A stretch of 63,037 bases of DNA, counting the filler, from Octopus bimaculoides (lineage: Eukaryota): the NCBI RefSeq assembly GCF_001194135.2. It is 5 parts of 5 records of this genome, joined end to end, with 100 filler letters (N's around TTAATTAATTAA, not from the genome) between each part and the next. Parts side by side here need not be neighbours in the genome. Positions count along the whole stretch, not along the records: positions 18,331 to 32,537 come from NC_068981.1; positions 32,638 to 45,533 come from NC_068988.1; 3 more parts are not named here. One strand, given 5' to 3'. Position numbers and translations under genes: made by a program. The notes beneath the pieces are model-generated. The model was given only the letters and a program-made list of their open reading frames with translations, did no database searches and had not been told where the DNA came from. Positions 24,425-35,869 of this stretch are shown piece by piece (within the stretch, counting starts at the first letter, position 1; each line of letters begins with the position of its first letter).

Positions 24425-24831
24425 CACGCGCTCTTGTGCACTTGCGTATATGTATTCGTAGATAGATAAATAGGTATTGTAGTTAAACTAGAAATCAATA
24501 TTTATGTAAAGAAAAACAAAACAAAGCAAAACAAACCCAAATCAACAGCAGCAGCAACATCAAAAATAAACGACATTAATCAATCAATGAAAGCCATGTT
24601 ACACAAGAAAATATTGTTATGTAAATAAACGAGCAGAAATATAAGTACAATAATGAGGTAAGAATGCTTCAGTGAAGATGGCTGAGTAGTCGCTTAGTAG
24701 ACGCCTAAGAGAGACTTGTTGGTCGATAAAGAGAGCACAACGGTGACCACTGAAAATGGATACACGCAAGCGAGTGTGTAACCAGTTATCCACTGAATTG
24801 ACTGTTCCTAACCAGCGTGGAGTACAAAAAT

Positions 24832-25164
24832 AGAATCTTTTCTACTCTAGGCACAAGGCCCGAAATTTTTGGGAAGAGAACCAGTCGATTGGATCGACCC
24901 CAGTACGCAACTGGTAGTTAATTTATCGAAATATCGTAACGTTTCTTATTTCTTTATTGCCCACAAGGGGCTAAACATAGAGAAGACAAAGAGATTAAGT
25001 CGATTGCATCGACTCCAGTGAGTAAGTGGTACTTAATTTATCGACCCCGAAAGCATGAAAGGCAAAGTCGACCTCGGCGGAATTTGAACTCAGAACGTAA
25101 CGGCAGACGAAATACCGAGAAGCATTTCGCCCGGCGTGCTAACGTTTCTGCCAGCTCGCCGCCT
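24832..25164 (-). mobile_element. Tandem SINE family A: 3' half (24832-24930) plus full copy with tail type 3 (24945-25164)
   Basis: Two minus-strand copies with different 3' tails. Confidence 0.9.
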
Positions 25165-25413
25165 TAGTACGAAAGTAGCATGAAAGACATAGGTTATACT
25201 TGGTTGTAGATTTTTGTAGCTTAGTCACAGAGAAGCGAGGACAGTGTCGATATTTTGTCGGAAGATGGGATTCACACTCTCGTGTGGATCCATTTTCCAT
25301 TTCTAGTAAGTGACTTCTTAGTCAACTTGGCAGAAACATCTTACCTCAACGTTTGTACTTACACTTAGGTTTATTTACATAGACATTGACCTACTCCGAA
25401 TGTTTGCAGCAAA

Positions 25414-25759
25414 ATGGACATCACTGAAAGCATCCGAGGCCAAGTGGTGGAGTTAAACGGGGCAACGGTTTAAGTCTTCTGCTAAGTGGTAGACTTAAAT
25501 TTTACTTCTCAAATCGTTGCTTACAATGCTCTACATCAGTGTACGCTGAAAATCTAAGTAGTTAATTCTCTATCAGTCACGGGCAAACTACAACCTGCAG
25601 GACTTTCTGAATGGTACGCCAACGAAAAATTACCTTGGAGATTTTTAATTGTGCAGCCTGCTTCTCGAAAATTCTTGGCGTACCTGTTGTACCTGAACAA
25701 ACTGACATAAAAAAGATATTCGATAACAGTGATTCTGAACTTTTTTTGCCCGGTGTGTA
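25414..25759 (+). mobile_element. Possible Tc1-like relic
   Basis: MDITESIRGQVVEL resembles a Tc1 transposase start; right end ACTTTTTTTGCCCGGTGTGTA resembles a Tc1 TIR plus TA; no matching left TIR found. Confidence 0.35.
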
Positions 25760-26516
25760 GAGATTTTGATTTCTAATTTCTTTACTAACCATATATTGCC
25801 TACATCTATCTTAATTTTATGTAAATACTTATTAATAAACTTTTTATAACATATTATTGCGGGAAGATATTTTTTTTGAAGTTATCAACAGTCATAAATT
25901 CGCCATAAATGTTCTCTAGTGTGAGGATAGCAACAGTTATTAACTGAATCTGTGGTTCAACTGAAAAGGTAACTGTTAACGGCTTAGATTTTCTCTTACG
26001 GCCATTTTTATTGTCTGTTGTTCAAAGTTAACTCTGCGTCAGCAGGTTTGTAATCGAAGACATTTGAGCGGTCATCATCCCGTCACGTTTTCCTTCAGAG
26101 ATAAGAGTTTCTTGTATTACATTATCCAATGTGTTCTTTACTCGATGTTTCGCAGCGGGTCAGCCTTGATCAAGCAGAACTTAAATTTAAAGGTTCCAGA
26201 CGTGATCAGTACGTCTTTTATTCGGATATAGTATACCTAGGACTGCATGAGCCTACAAGAAAGTAAGGTGTGATTTTAAAGAGATCTAGTTGCTATGTCC
26301 AGATTGAACGTCGAATTACAGGCTCTTTCTTAGGCTCGAAATAACTAGTTGAGCAGGGGATGTTTGAAGTCATGTTCACTTTATTCACATTGTCTATTTA
26401 GTCCAGTGGTCCCAAACCATTTTCTCACAGACCCCAAGGCAGGATTTTATTAACTAACAACAGATTTTTTCAATTCTTCATTGAAAAATCTCACTCAGTA
26501 AATGCATAATTACACA

Positions 26517-26679
26517 TAGGTGTGGCTGTGTGGTAAAAAGCTTGCTTCCCAACCACATGGTTCTGGGTTCTGTCCCACTGCGTGGCACCTTGAGCAAGTG
26601 TCTTCTACTATAGCCTCGGGCCAACCAAAGCCTGGTGAGTGGATTTGATAGACGGAAACCGGAAGAAGCCCGTATATAC

Positions 26680-26724
<45 letters not shown>

Positions 26725-26925
26725 TGTTCACCCATCACCGCTTGACAACTGGTGCTGTTGTGTTTACATCCTCGTAACTTAGGTTCAGTAAAACAAACCG
26801 ATAGAATAAGTACTAGGCCTAAGAAATAAGTCCTGTAGTCGATTTGTTCCACTAAAATCCTTCGAGGCCGTGCTCCAGCATGGCCGCAGTCAAATGACTG
26901 AAACAAGCATAAGAATAAAAGAATA
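26517..26925 (+). mobile_element. SINE family B, full length
   Basis: Head through 3' end without gaps; internal (TG)n. Confidence 0.92.
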
Positions 26926-27266
26926 CATTTTACACAGCTGAAGCCTTTCAATACTTCGAACAATTTTTCTGCGCCGGTAAAAGTGCTCACTTCACTTTCT
27001 GAGTTTAGTTCCTGTGAACTGATGTCATGAACTGTACTGTTGACTGTTAAGAAAATAGAGGGAGCACTATATATTTGATGAGTGATTTCTATGACTGTTG
27101 TGATGAGTTAACAATTCTTTTGTGGAAGCAACTTAGGAGTCTCTACATGTTAACTCAACCTGCTAGAAATAGCACCAAATCCCTTTCATATCAAATTCTA
27201 CATCTATAATTGTGAGCGATGGAATTTATGTATGTATGCATGTATGTATGTATGTATGTTTATTAT

Positions 27267-27616
27267 TGAGTGATAAAGCAATGCATGCCATCAAAGTGAC
27301 ACTGGGATAAAATATACGAAACCCATTATACTCATCATAGCTACCTGTCTGACAGTACACCAGGCACATGCATCACAACCATATGTGTGCAACATGGTGA
27401 TCTCATATCAAGATAAACAGCGCATGACCTTGCAGGTGGGACCCAGTCAGAATCAGGTCGAGTAACCCATCCCGCTCAAAAGGTCCCTGAATAAGTGTTG
27501 TTTAAGGATGAACAAAACATCTGTTTCCAAAGGTGAATTATCCAAACCCCAAAGAATTTCTCTCAACACATGGCTATGAGGCTCCTCCACTACTTCTGCT
27601 CGTGATCAGAGATGTT
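27267..27616 (-). mobile_element. Repeat family D, 5'-truncated copy
   Basis: Aligns by eye with 35257-35610 (GCATGCCATCAAAGTGACACTGGG...GTGATCAGAGATG); strand inferred from the (AAT)n-type tail. Confidence 0.85.
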
Positions 27617-28536
27617 CGTATACATGCATGTATGTATGTATGTATGTATGTATGTATGTATGTATATGTTAGCGCATGTCTTGTGTGTGTGTAGATAGGT
27701 GTGCGTATGTGTGTGTGGGTCTATAAACGAATGAAGAAAACACTCCTCACATAATGTGGATGCCAGATTTATTTAACAGGTTGAGTGAAATTAAAAGTTT
27801 ATTTAAAAATTTTGTACACGTATATACACGCTTAACTCTTCAGATGTCAAGAATCAGTGAACATATCTCGACATCACTCCATCTTATATGTATATGCGCT
27901 CGTGTTTCTGTGTGCGTGAGTATATGTATGTAATATAATATAATATAATATAATATAATGTAATACAATAAATTATATTATAATATATATATAATATATA
28001 ACTATATGCATATATCGTATGTGTATTTCGTGTGCAAGATTCTTGATGTGGATACGTGTGTTGAAATAAATGGAAGTGGAGAGACAAGTTACTGAAGAGA
28101 TTGCAAGAGTGCAATGAAATAATTTAACAAAAAACTATATAAATTAATAAAGGACTGAACCAGTGCGTGTGTTTATTACCGGCATAATGCCTCTCCCAAG
28201 GTTTAATTATATGCATATATCCATACATATATGTACATACCTACATATATATGTATATATACATGCATATATGGGTACAGGACATAAANNNNNNNNNNAA
28301 ATTATATTATAATATATATATAATATATAACTATATGCATATATCGTATGTGTATTTCGTGTGCAAGATTCTTGATGTGGATACGTGTGTTGAAATAAAT
28401 GGAAGTGGAGAGACAAGTTACTGAAGAGATTGCAAGAGTGCAATGAAATAATTTAACAAAAAACTATATAAATTAATAAAGGACTGAACCAGTGCGTGTG
28501 TTTATTACCGGCATAATGCCTCTCCCAAGGTTTAAT

Positions 28537-29029
28537 TATATGCATATATCCATACATATATGTACATACCTACATATATATGTATATATACATGCATATA
28601 TGGGTACAGGACATAAAAAAACAAACATTAAACACAATGAGAAACGAAAACATAGAAAACGACCTTTTTTTTGAACAATGAAAAAAAAACAAAAAAACAA
28701 AAACAGAGAAACGAGACATGCAACATAAAGAGTATACTCCTTCGTCAGTTGTTCCTGTTTCATTTGCTCCGTGTTTCGAAGTCGTGTATTGTCCTTGCCT
28801 TCGAAACGCGGAGTAGATGAAACAGGGTCAACTGACGAAGGGGCATACTCTTTATGTTGCATGTCTCGTTTCTCTGTTTGTTTTTTTTCATTGCTCGAAA
28901 AAAAGTTCGTTTTCTATGTTTTCGTTTCTCGTTGTGTTTAATGTTTTTTTAATGTCCTGTACCCATATATGCATGTATATATACATATATATGTAGGTGT
29001 GTACATATATGTATGGATATATGCATATA
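28537..29029. repeat. ~490-nt inverted duplication (palindrome) of a family E-like unit
   Basis: Arms 28537-28781 and 28799-29029 are reverse complements apart from poly-A/T length changes and scattered mismatches; 17-nt loop. Confidence 0.9.
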
Positions 29030-29149
29030 TTTATATATCATTAACATCATTATATGATCGAACGCCACGCATCCTTTTCCAAGTATATATATATATATAT
29101 ATATTTAGATATCTTCCCTTCTAGTTTTAAGTATTTGAAATCTTCCGTA

Positions 29150-29436
29150 AGGAAAGAGCTAGTTTTTAAAACAAAAATACAAACCTCCATTGTCGGAATG
29201 TAGGTAACAAAGACAAATTGACATTTTGAATTTGAGAAAAACCTTGCATATTTTTCTGTTCCGCTTACAGATTGTATCTGTAATGAACAAGTTATATGGT
29301 TGTTTTCTTTTTCTGAAAATCCTAGCTTATCCAGATTGTCACTTAGGCAATTACTCACAAAACCAAGTGCATCAATTATTATCGGTATAAATGTGAATCT
29401 ATAATCTGGATATGAAGCTGAAGGCTTCGAACCAGT
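29150..29436 (-). mobile_element. RLE-type non-LTR element family R-b, 3' fragment
   Basis: YPDYRFTFIPIIIDALGFVSNCLSDNLDKLGFS..LQIQSVSGT. Confidence 0.85.
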
Positions 29437-30017
29437 NNNNNNNNNNNNNNNNNNNNNNNNNNNNNNNNNNNNNNNNNNNNNNNNNNNNNNNNNNNNNNNN
29501 NNNNNNNNNNNNNNNNNNNNNNNNNNNNNNNNNNNNNNNNNNNNNNNNNNNNNNNNNNNNNNNNNNNNNNNNNNNNNNNNNNNNNNNNNNNNNNNNNNNN
29601 NNNNNNNNNNNNNNNNNNNNNNNNNNNNNNNNNNNNNNNNNNNNNNNNNNNNNNNNNNNNNNNNNNNNNNNNNNNNNNNNNNNNNNNNNNNNNNNNNNNN
29701 NNNNNNNATATATATATATATATAAAGAGGGCGGGAGAGAGACAGAGAGAGAAACAAAGAGAAGGAGAGGGTGAGAGAGAGAAGGAGAAAGAGATCAATG
29801 GAATTTAGATACAATTGAGAGATAGAGTGAAAGAAGAGGGTGATAAAGGGAGTGGTGGAGGAGTGTCACAGAAATAGAGAAACAGGTGGGTAGGATGAGT
29901 AAAAGAAAGATACAGAAGAGAGAATACCAAAGGAAAGAGGGAAAATATTGGTTACTTTGTAATCTTGACTACTTCCCTTATCCGCTAGAAAGTAGTTATG
30001 AGAAGCAGTGAAGAGTA

Positions 30018-30019
<2 letters not shown>

Positions 30020-30108
<89 letters not shown>
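30020..30108. repeat. (AG)n microsatellite
   Basis: Direct reading. Confidence 0.97.
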
Positions 30109-30111
<3 letters not shown>

Positions 30112-30558
30112 TGAAAGGAGGGGGAGAGTGTAAAAGTATAAAAGGAGTGGACGGAGCGAATGATGTAGAAAATATGAGAACTGGAGTAGGATGAAAAAAA
30201 TATGAAAACGCTAGGTTATGCCAAACTAATTAGGTAAGAGATGAACAATGATAGGAAGGGAAGGGCTAATTATAGAAAACGAGAGATGTTTAATGATAAC
30301 ATGTTTAATGCAGGAAACATTAAAAAATTAACTGGAAATAATTATGTGACGATGAAAGAGAAATGCATTTCAATCAATGACTTAATATTATAGTAATTTT
30401 TCAGGCAAATACGGGAGATAACTCCGGTCAGTTTTCGGCGCATAGCTTATTTGTCGAAGTCCTGATGCTAACACTAAGTAAATGAATTCTTTCTACTATA
30501 CTTACAAGGCCTAAAATTTGGGGTAATGTGCTATTTTGTTCTATCGGTCTCAAGAGTA

Positions 30559-30863
30559 AGCAAAGTCAACCTCGGCATCATTTGAACTCAGAACGTAAAA
30601 CCTGAAGAAAAGCCGGCATAGCATTTTTGCTTAATGCGCTAACGATTCTGTCAGCTTACCCTCTTAATATCTAGTAAACACATATATAAGAAATAACAAC
30701 CAAATATCTCGCAAATTTATCGACTCCGAAAGGATGAAAGGCCAATTTGCCTTTCATCCTTTCGGAGTCGATAAATTAAGTACCAGTTGAGTGCTTGGGG
30801 TTGATCTAATCGACTTAACCCCCTCCCCCAAAATTTGATGCCTTGTGCCTATAAATAGAAAGG

Positions 30864-30904
<41 letters not shown>

Positions 30905-30935
30905 GGCAGAATCGTTAGCCCGCCGGACGAAATGT
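30559..30935. mobile_element. Cluster of SINE family A pieces (minus head 30559-30664; plus copy with fold-back 30714-30865; (ATT)n; further head 30903-30935)
   Basis: Family A motifs on both strands. Confidence 0.85.
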
Positions 30936-31412
30936 TATATATATATANNNNNNNNNNNNNNNNNNNNNNNNNNNNNNNNNNNNNNNNNNNNNNNNNNNNN
31001 NNNNNNNNNNNNNNNNNNNNNNNNNNNNNNNNNNNNNNNNNNNNNNNNNNNNNNNNNNNNNNNNNNNNNNNNNNNNNNNNNNNNNNNNNNNNNNNNNNNN
31101 NNNNNNNNNNNNNNNNNNNNNNNNNNNNNNNNNNNNNNNNNNNNNNNNNNNNNNNNNNNNNNNNNNNNNNNNNNNNNNNNNNNNNNNNNNNNNNNNNNNN
31201 NNNNNNNNNNNNNNNNNNNNNNNNNNNNNNNNNNNNNNNNNNNNNNNNNNNNNNNNNNNNNNNNNNNNNNNNNNNNNNNNNNNNNNNNNNNNNNNNNNNN
31301 NNNNNNNNNNNNNNNNNNNNNNNNNNNNNNNNNNNNNNNNNNNNNNNNNNNNNNNNNNNNNNNNNNNNNNNNNNNNNNNNNNNNNNNNNNNNNNNNNNNN
31401 NNNNNNNNNNNN

Positions 31413-31632
31413 ATATATATGTATGTATGTATGCGTGTGTGTCTTTGTGTTTGTTCCGCCATCACCACTTGACAACCGGTGTTGGTGTGCTTACAACCCT
31501 GTAACTTAGCGGTTCGGCAAAACAGACCGACAGAATAAGTGCTTAGGTCGATTCATTCGACTAAAGCTTCTCAAGGCGGTGCTCCAGCATGGCTGCAGTC
31601 AAATGACTGAAATAAGTAAAAGAATAAAAGAA

Positions 31633-31664
<32 letters not shown>

Positions 31665-31768
31665 AGTGTGTGTATGTGTGAGAATGTGTGTGTTGTGTAT
31701 GTGCCTGTCCCCGCCCCGTCGCTTGACAACGGGTGTTGGCTTGTTTACGTCACGGTAACTTAGCGGTT
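31413..31768 (+). mobile_element. SINE family B 3' halves (one complete, one partial)
   Basis: CTTGACAACCGG..TAACTTAGCGGTTCGGCAAAA...GTAAAAGAATAAAAGAA, then (TG)n and a second partial 3' half. Confidence 0.85.
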
Positions 31769-31963
31769 TTCTCGCGTAGAAATTGACTGTGCCGCAGAAG
31801 GGAGCATGGTTGAATATCTTGCAATAGAAGCTGCAGAATGAAGTATGGACGTGGGTAACCATTCAGCAGACAATAGAGATGGCAATTATGTTATTGGGGA
31901 ATAATCTTTCCATCTATTTACGCAAGGGAGACTGACGAGGAGGACATTACAAACGAAATTTAT

Positions 31964-32003
<40 letters not shown>

Positions 32004-32145
32004 TGATGATGGACTCTCCTGTTGAAGACGACGAATGAACATTCACCTTTTGGGAGTGGTCAAATAGAATCAGAATGAGATGGATGAAAGTTGACGTATA
32101 CATATTTTGTAATGTCTTTTCTGAAAATATTACAACATAAAGGAG

Positions 32146-32348
32146 GGCGACGAGCTGGCAGAATCGCTAGTATGCTGGGCAAAATATTTAGTCCGTTGCT
32201 ACGTTCTGAGTTCAAGTTCCACCGATGTCGACTTCGCTTTTCATCCTTTCGGGGTCGTTAAAATAAATACCAGTTGTGCACCGAGGCCGATGTAATCTAC
32301 TTACTCTTGCCCCGAAATTTACAGCCTTCAGTCAAAATTTGAAACCAA
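32146..32348 (+). mobile_element. SINE family A (tail type 2)
   Basis: GGCGACGAGCTGGCAGAATCG...AAAATTTGAAACCA. Confidence 0.88.
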
Positions 32349-32351
32349 TAC

Positions 32352-32537
32352 TCTTTTACCTGTTTCAGTCATTTGACTGTGGCCATGCTGGAGCACCGCC
32401 TTTAGTCGAGCAAATCGACCCCAGGACTTATTCTTTGTAAGCCTAGCACTTATTCTATCGGACTCTTTTTGCCGAACCACTAGGTTACGGGGACGTAAAC
32501 ACACCAGCATCGGTTGTCAAGCGATGTTGGGGGGGAT
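32352..32537 (-). mobile_element. SINE family B 3' half, cut by scaffold end
   Basis: Near-consensus reverse complement. Confidence 0.9.
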
Positions 32538-32637
32538 NNNNNNNNNNNNNNNNNNNNNNNNNNNNNNNNNNNNNNNNNNNNTTAATTAATTAANNNNNNN
32601 NNNNNNNNNNNNNNNNNNNNNNNNNNNNNNNNNNNNN
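32538..32637. other. Artificial scaffold-join spacer
   Basis: 44 N + TTAATTAATTAA + 44 N. Confidence 0.92.
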
Positions 32638-32902
32638 GTGTGTGCGTGTGTGTGTTTGTGTATGTGTGTGTGTGTAGATATGTATACTTACATACATATA
32701 CATACATACTTCAAACATACATACATATGCATATTTTATGTTTAGATGTTATGACTGTCTCTTGGGTTTTTGCTTTTCTGGTTTTGGTGGTAACGATGCT
32801 GATGCTGCTGGCAGTGGTGATAGCGATTATGTTGATGTCTAATATAGTTGTTGTGATGCTGGTTGTTTTAATTACCATCTTCAGTCATCATCACAATCAT
32901 CA

Positions 32903-32933
<31 letters not shown>

Positions 32934-33990
32934 TGATATATCCTCATTTTTACCACCACCACCACCACCCATGTCATTCAGTATTGTGACGGTGTGATTT
33001 AAATGCCCCCTGATGTCCTCTTCTATTTCATCAAACCATTTGTCTCTATGTTAAATGGTCCATCAAATAAAGGTGTTGGTGAGGAGGAGCAGTTATGAGA
33101 GTGTATAATCATGCAGACATATAACGTAATAATGTAATAATAATAAAGAGAGGTGAGAAGAGGTAGTGAAATAACGTTGTTTTTTGCTTGTTTTATATCT
33201 TTGTGTTTTAGAGCAAATTAGTTGAACTGGGACTCATTGTTAAAACACAAACTAATGTTCTTAACAGGGTTTAGCATTATGACTCTTTAAACAATTCATT
33301 TTATTCTTTGTAATGGCAAATGTCTAAATGGTTGTTTTAGAGGAGGAACAATTAATCTGAAGTATTTTATGTTTTAGTATGGGGTAGGGAAAAAGGCCAG
33401 CACCCTTTGACCTTTTGTGGAGCTTGGATGAATGATTGAAGGAATAAAGGAAGAAAGCACAAATCATAAGTAACTTCACTGAAGATCTAAATGAAATACT
33501 TGAAACACAGGCCTCTACTCAAAGTACCTTAGGGCACTAGGGTACTTCTTCAGTCTTTTTATATTTTGAGTTCAAATCCTACCAATGTCAACTTTGCTTT
33601 CAACCTTTAATCAACAAACACTTTCCTCCACATTGCTGGCCTTATGCCTATGTTAGAAACAACACTACTACTACTACTACTACTACTATTGTTGTTGTTG
33701 GTATTATGTACTGGAGTTAATGTATTAACTTCTTTCTCCCCTCAAAAACTACTGACCCAGGGCCAAAATTTGAAATCATCTTCATCATCATTATTATTCG
33801 TCCTGACGGAATGCAGGAGTGTATCTGCTCGTAAGTTTTTGCTCCAGTTGTTAATTGCTTACTTTGTTACTAAACGTTTTTCTAAAGCATCACCTTTGCA
33901 TAGATGGGTCGCTTTGTCTTGTTAGTGCCCCCTTCGAGGCCTGTAATCTCAAAATAATTGTTTCAAAATTAATTTGAAAAGAAAACAAAC

Positions 33991-34419
33991 ATGGCGAAAT
34001 CAGCCTTGTTGAAGAACATAAAAGAGGAGGTAAGAGGTGTTTCAGACAGAGAGGTGGAAGATGCCGTAGTGCCCTCCGCATACTACCAACAAATTCTCGC
34101 ACACAAAATTGCAGACACGTCAAAAAATAACAATACCGACAACTTTAGCGACATCACAAACTACGAAGCTGATTTCCCTTCCATTCAATGGAATACCCCA
34201 ACTCAAAAGACAGCACATGATAGCAGTATCAAGAAGCAAACGACTCCGCCGCCACCGCCGCTGCAACTAATAAACAAAAGACTACACAGTGACAGTTTCT
34301 CGACCACTGCCACCACTACAACGAATAACATTGTAATAAATGGCAACAATATCAACCAGACTACATTCGCTGCAACAGCAGCGAGAAGCAAGGAATTTTC
34401 TTGTACGGATCTAAATTAA
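33991..34419 (+). CDS. Unassigned 142-aa ORF (possible TE ORF1 fragment or host exon)
   Basis: Open, with a non-microsatellite first half and AAACATGG start context; no recognisable domain. Confidence 0.25.
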   Translation: MAKSALLKNIKEEVRGVSDREVEDAVVPSAYYQQILAHKIADTSKNNNTDNFSDITNYEADFPSIQWNTPTQKTAHDSSIKKQTTPPPPPLQLINKRLHSDSFSTTATTTTNNIVINGNNINQTTFAATAARSKEFSCTDLN

Positions 34420-34529
34420 GACTGGAAAAAGCGCTATATCATTGCTGCACATCTGCACAGTCTCAACCAGGGTTTAGCTTCTGAAAGACATGTGTCTAGC
34501 TGAGGCAGCTAAATTAAGACTGGAAAAAG

Positions 34530-34889
34530 CGCTATATCATTGCTGCACATCTGCACAGTCTCAACCAGCCTCTCCATTTCAGGCTCTCTTTTTGCGTACA
34601 GTTTTAAGTCATCCACGCTCATAGTGTGCGTTGACTTTGCGTAGGACTACAGAAAGTGGGGACAAGGCTTTAACAAATCTAAGTGCTGCTTGTTGCAGAA
34701 AAGACGTGTCTTCCAACAAGGCATTCTATTCTTAATCACTACACACACGTTCTCAGCTATTCCACACATGTCGAATGTTTCCAGAATCCACGAATGTGGC
34801 AACATGTCGTAAGCCTTTTTAAAGTCTATCCAGGCCATGCTCAAGTGTTTTTGTCGTATTGTTTGCAGTTCTTCATTACAACCTTGTCT
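34530..34889 (-). pseudogene. RLE-type (R4/Dong-like) reverse transcriptase fragment with internal deletion
   Basis: KHLSMAWIDFKKAYDMLPHSWILE ... DDLKLYAKREPEMERLVETVQMCSNDI. Confidence 0.85.
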
Positions 34890-34929
34890 ATTATTATTAT
34901 TATTATTATTATTATTATCATTATTATTA

Positions 34930-34967
<38 letters not shown>

Positions 34968-34974
34968 TTCATTA

Positions 34975-35223
34975 TCATCTTTCAATTCTGTTTCCATTTC
35001 TTGCTGAGTGTCTTTCCTAACACCTAAGGCAGAGAAGCGCACTGTATACATTGGTAGGCCATTACAATAAACACACCAGATTGTTCATTTACAAAGTCAT
35101 GTGATAGAGAAAAAGGGGAAGAAAGACAGAGAGAAAAAGGAAAAAAATAAAAATTCAAAATATAAACAGAAAATAGAGGGGGAAAGGGAAAGAAAATTCA
35201 CAGTGACAGTACGTGTGACGCAT
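34975..35223 (-). mobile_element. Orphan 3' UTR of RLE family R-a between (ATT)n arrays
   Basis: Matches 44313-44560, which lies directly downstream of an RLE ORF stop. Confidence 0.8.
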
Positions 35224-35256
35224 CATTATTATTATCATCATTATTATTATTATTAT

Positions 35257-35811
35257 TGAGTAAGAGAGCAGTGCATGCCGTCAAAGTGACACTGGGGTAA
35301 AATATACGAAGCCCAATATACCCATCATGACTACCCGTCTGATAAGGGTACACCAGGCACATGCATCACAACCATATGTGCGCGACATAGTGATCTCATA
35401 TCAAGATAAACAGCGCATGACCTCGCAGGTGGGGCCCAGTTAAAATTTTCTTCGGGTTGAGTAGCCCATCCCGCTCAAAAGGTCTCTGAATAAGGTTTGT
35501 TTAAGGATATTGAGTAAAACACCCATGTTTCCAAAGGTGAATTATTCCTCTCAACACATGGCTATGATGCCCCCCTCTACTTCTGCTCATGATCAGAGAT
35601 GCACATATCGTCAGCCACCAAGGGACATGCTCAACTGGTTAAGGTCAAACAACTGACAAGCAAATCTGTGGTATTAAGCAGAATATTTGCTGTAGCCCAT
35701 CTTTTATACCAAGACAAAACAATGTACATGATAACACTTCCAATCAATTAAGATCAGAAGCCATGAGGGCCACTGCCTGGTACTGCATCAGGGCATTTAC
35801 TGCATCAGGGC
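35257..35811 (-). mobile_element. Repeat family D (~550 nt, non-coding retroposon-like)
   Basis: Second partial copy at 27267; (ATT)n on both sides; terminal 14-mer TACTGCATCAGGGC duplicated. Confidence 0.75.
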
Positions 35812-35824
35812 CTCGTAAGAAAGA

Positions 35825-35869
<45 letters not shown>

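Noticed and set aside
26402-26445. hAT-like left TIR CAGTGGTCCCAAACC
   Set aside because: No matching right TIR found.
32640-32936. ORF with a hydrophobic stretch and poly-His
   Set aside because: Derived from (TG)n, (GTT/GAT)-rich and (CAT)n simple repeats.
34411-34568. Repeat-spacer-repeat resembling CRISPR
   Set aside because: Only two 60-nt repeats, partly RT-coding, in eukaryotic DNA with no cas genes.
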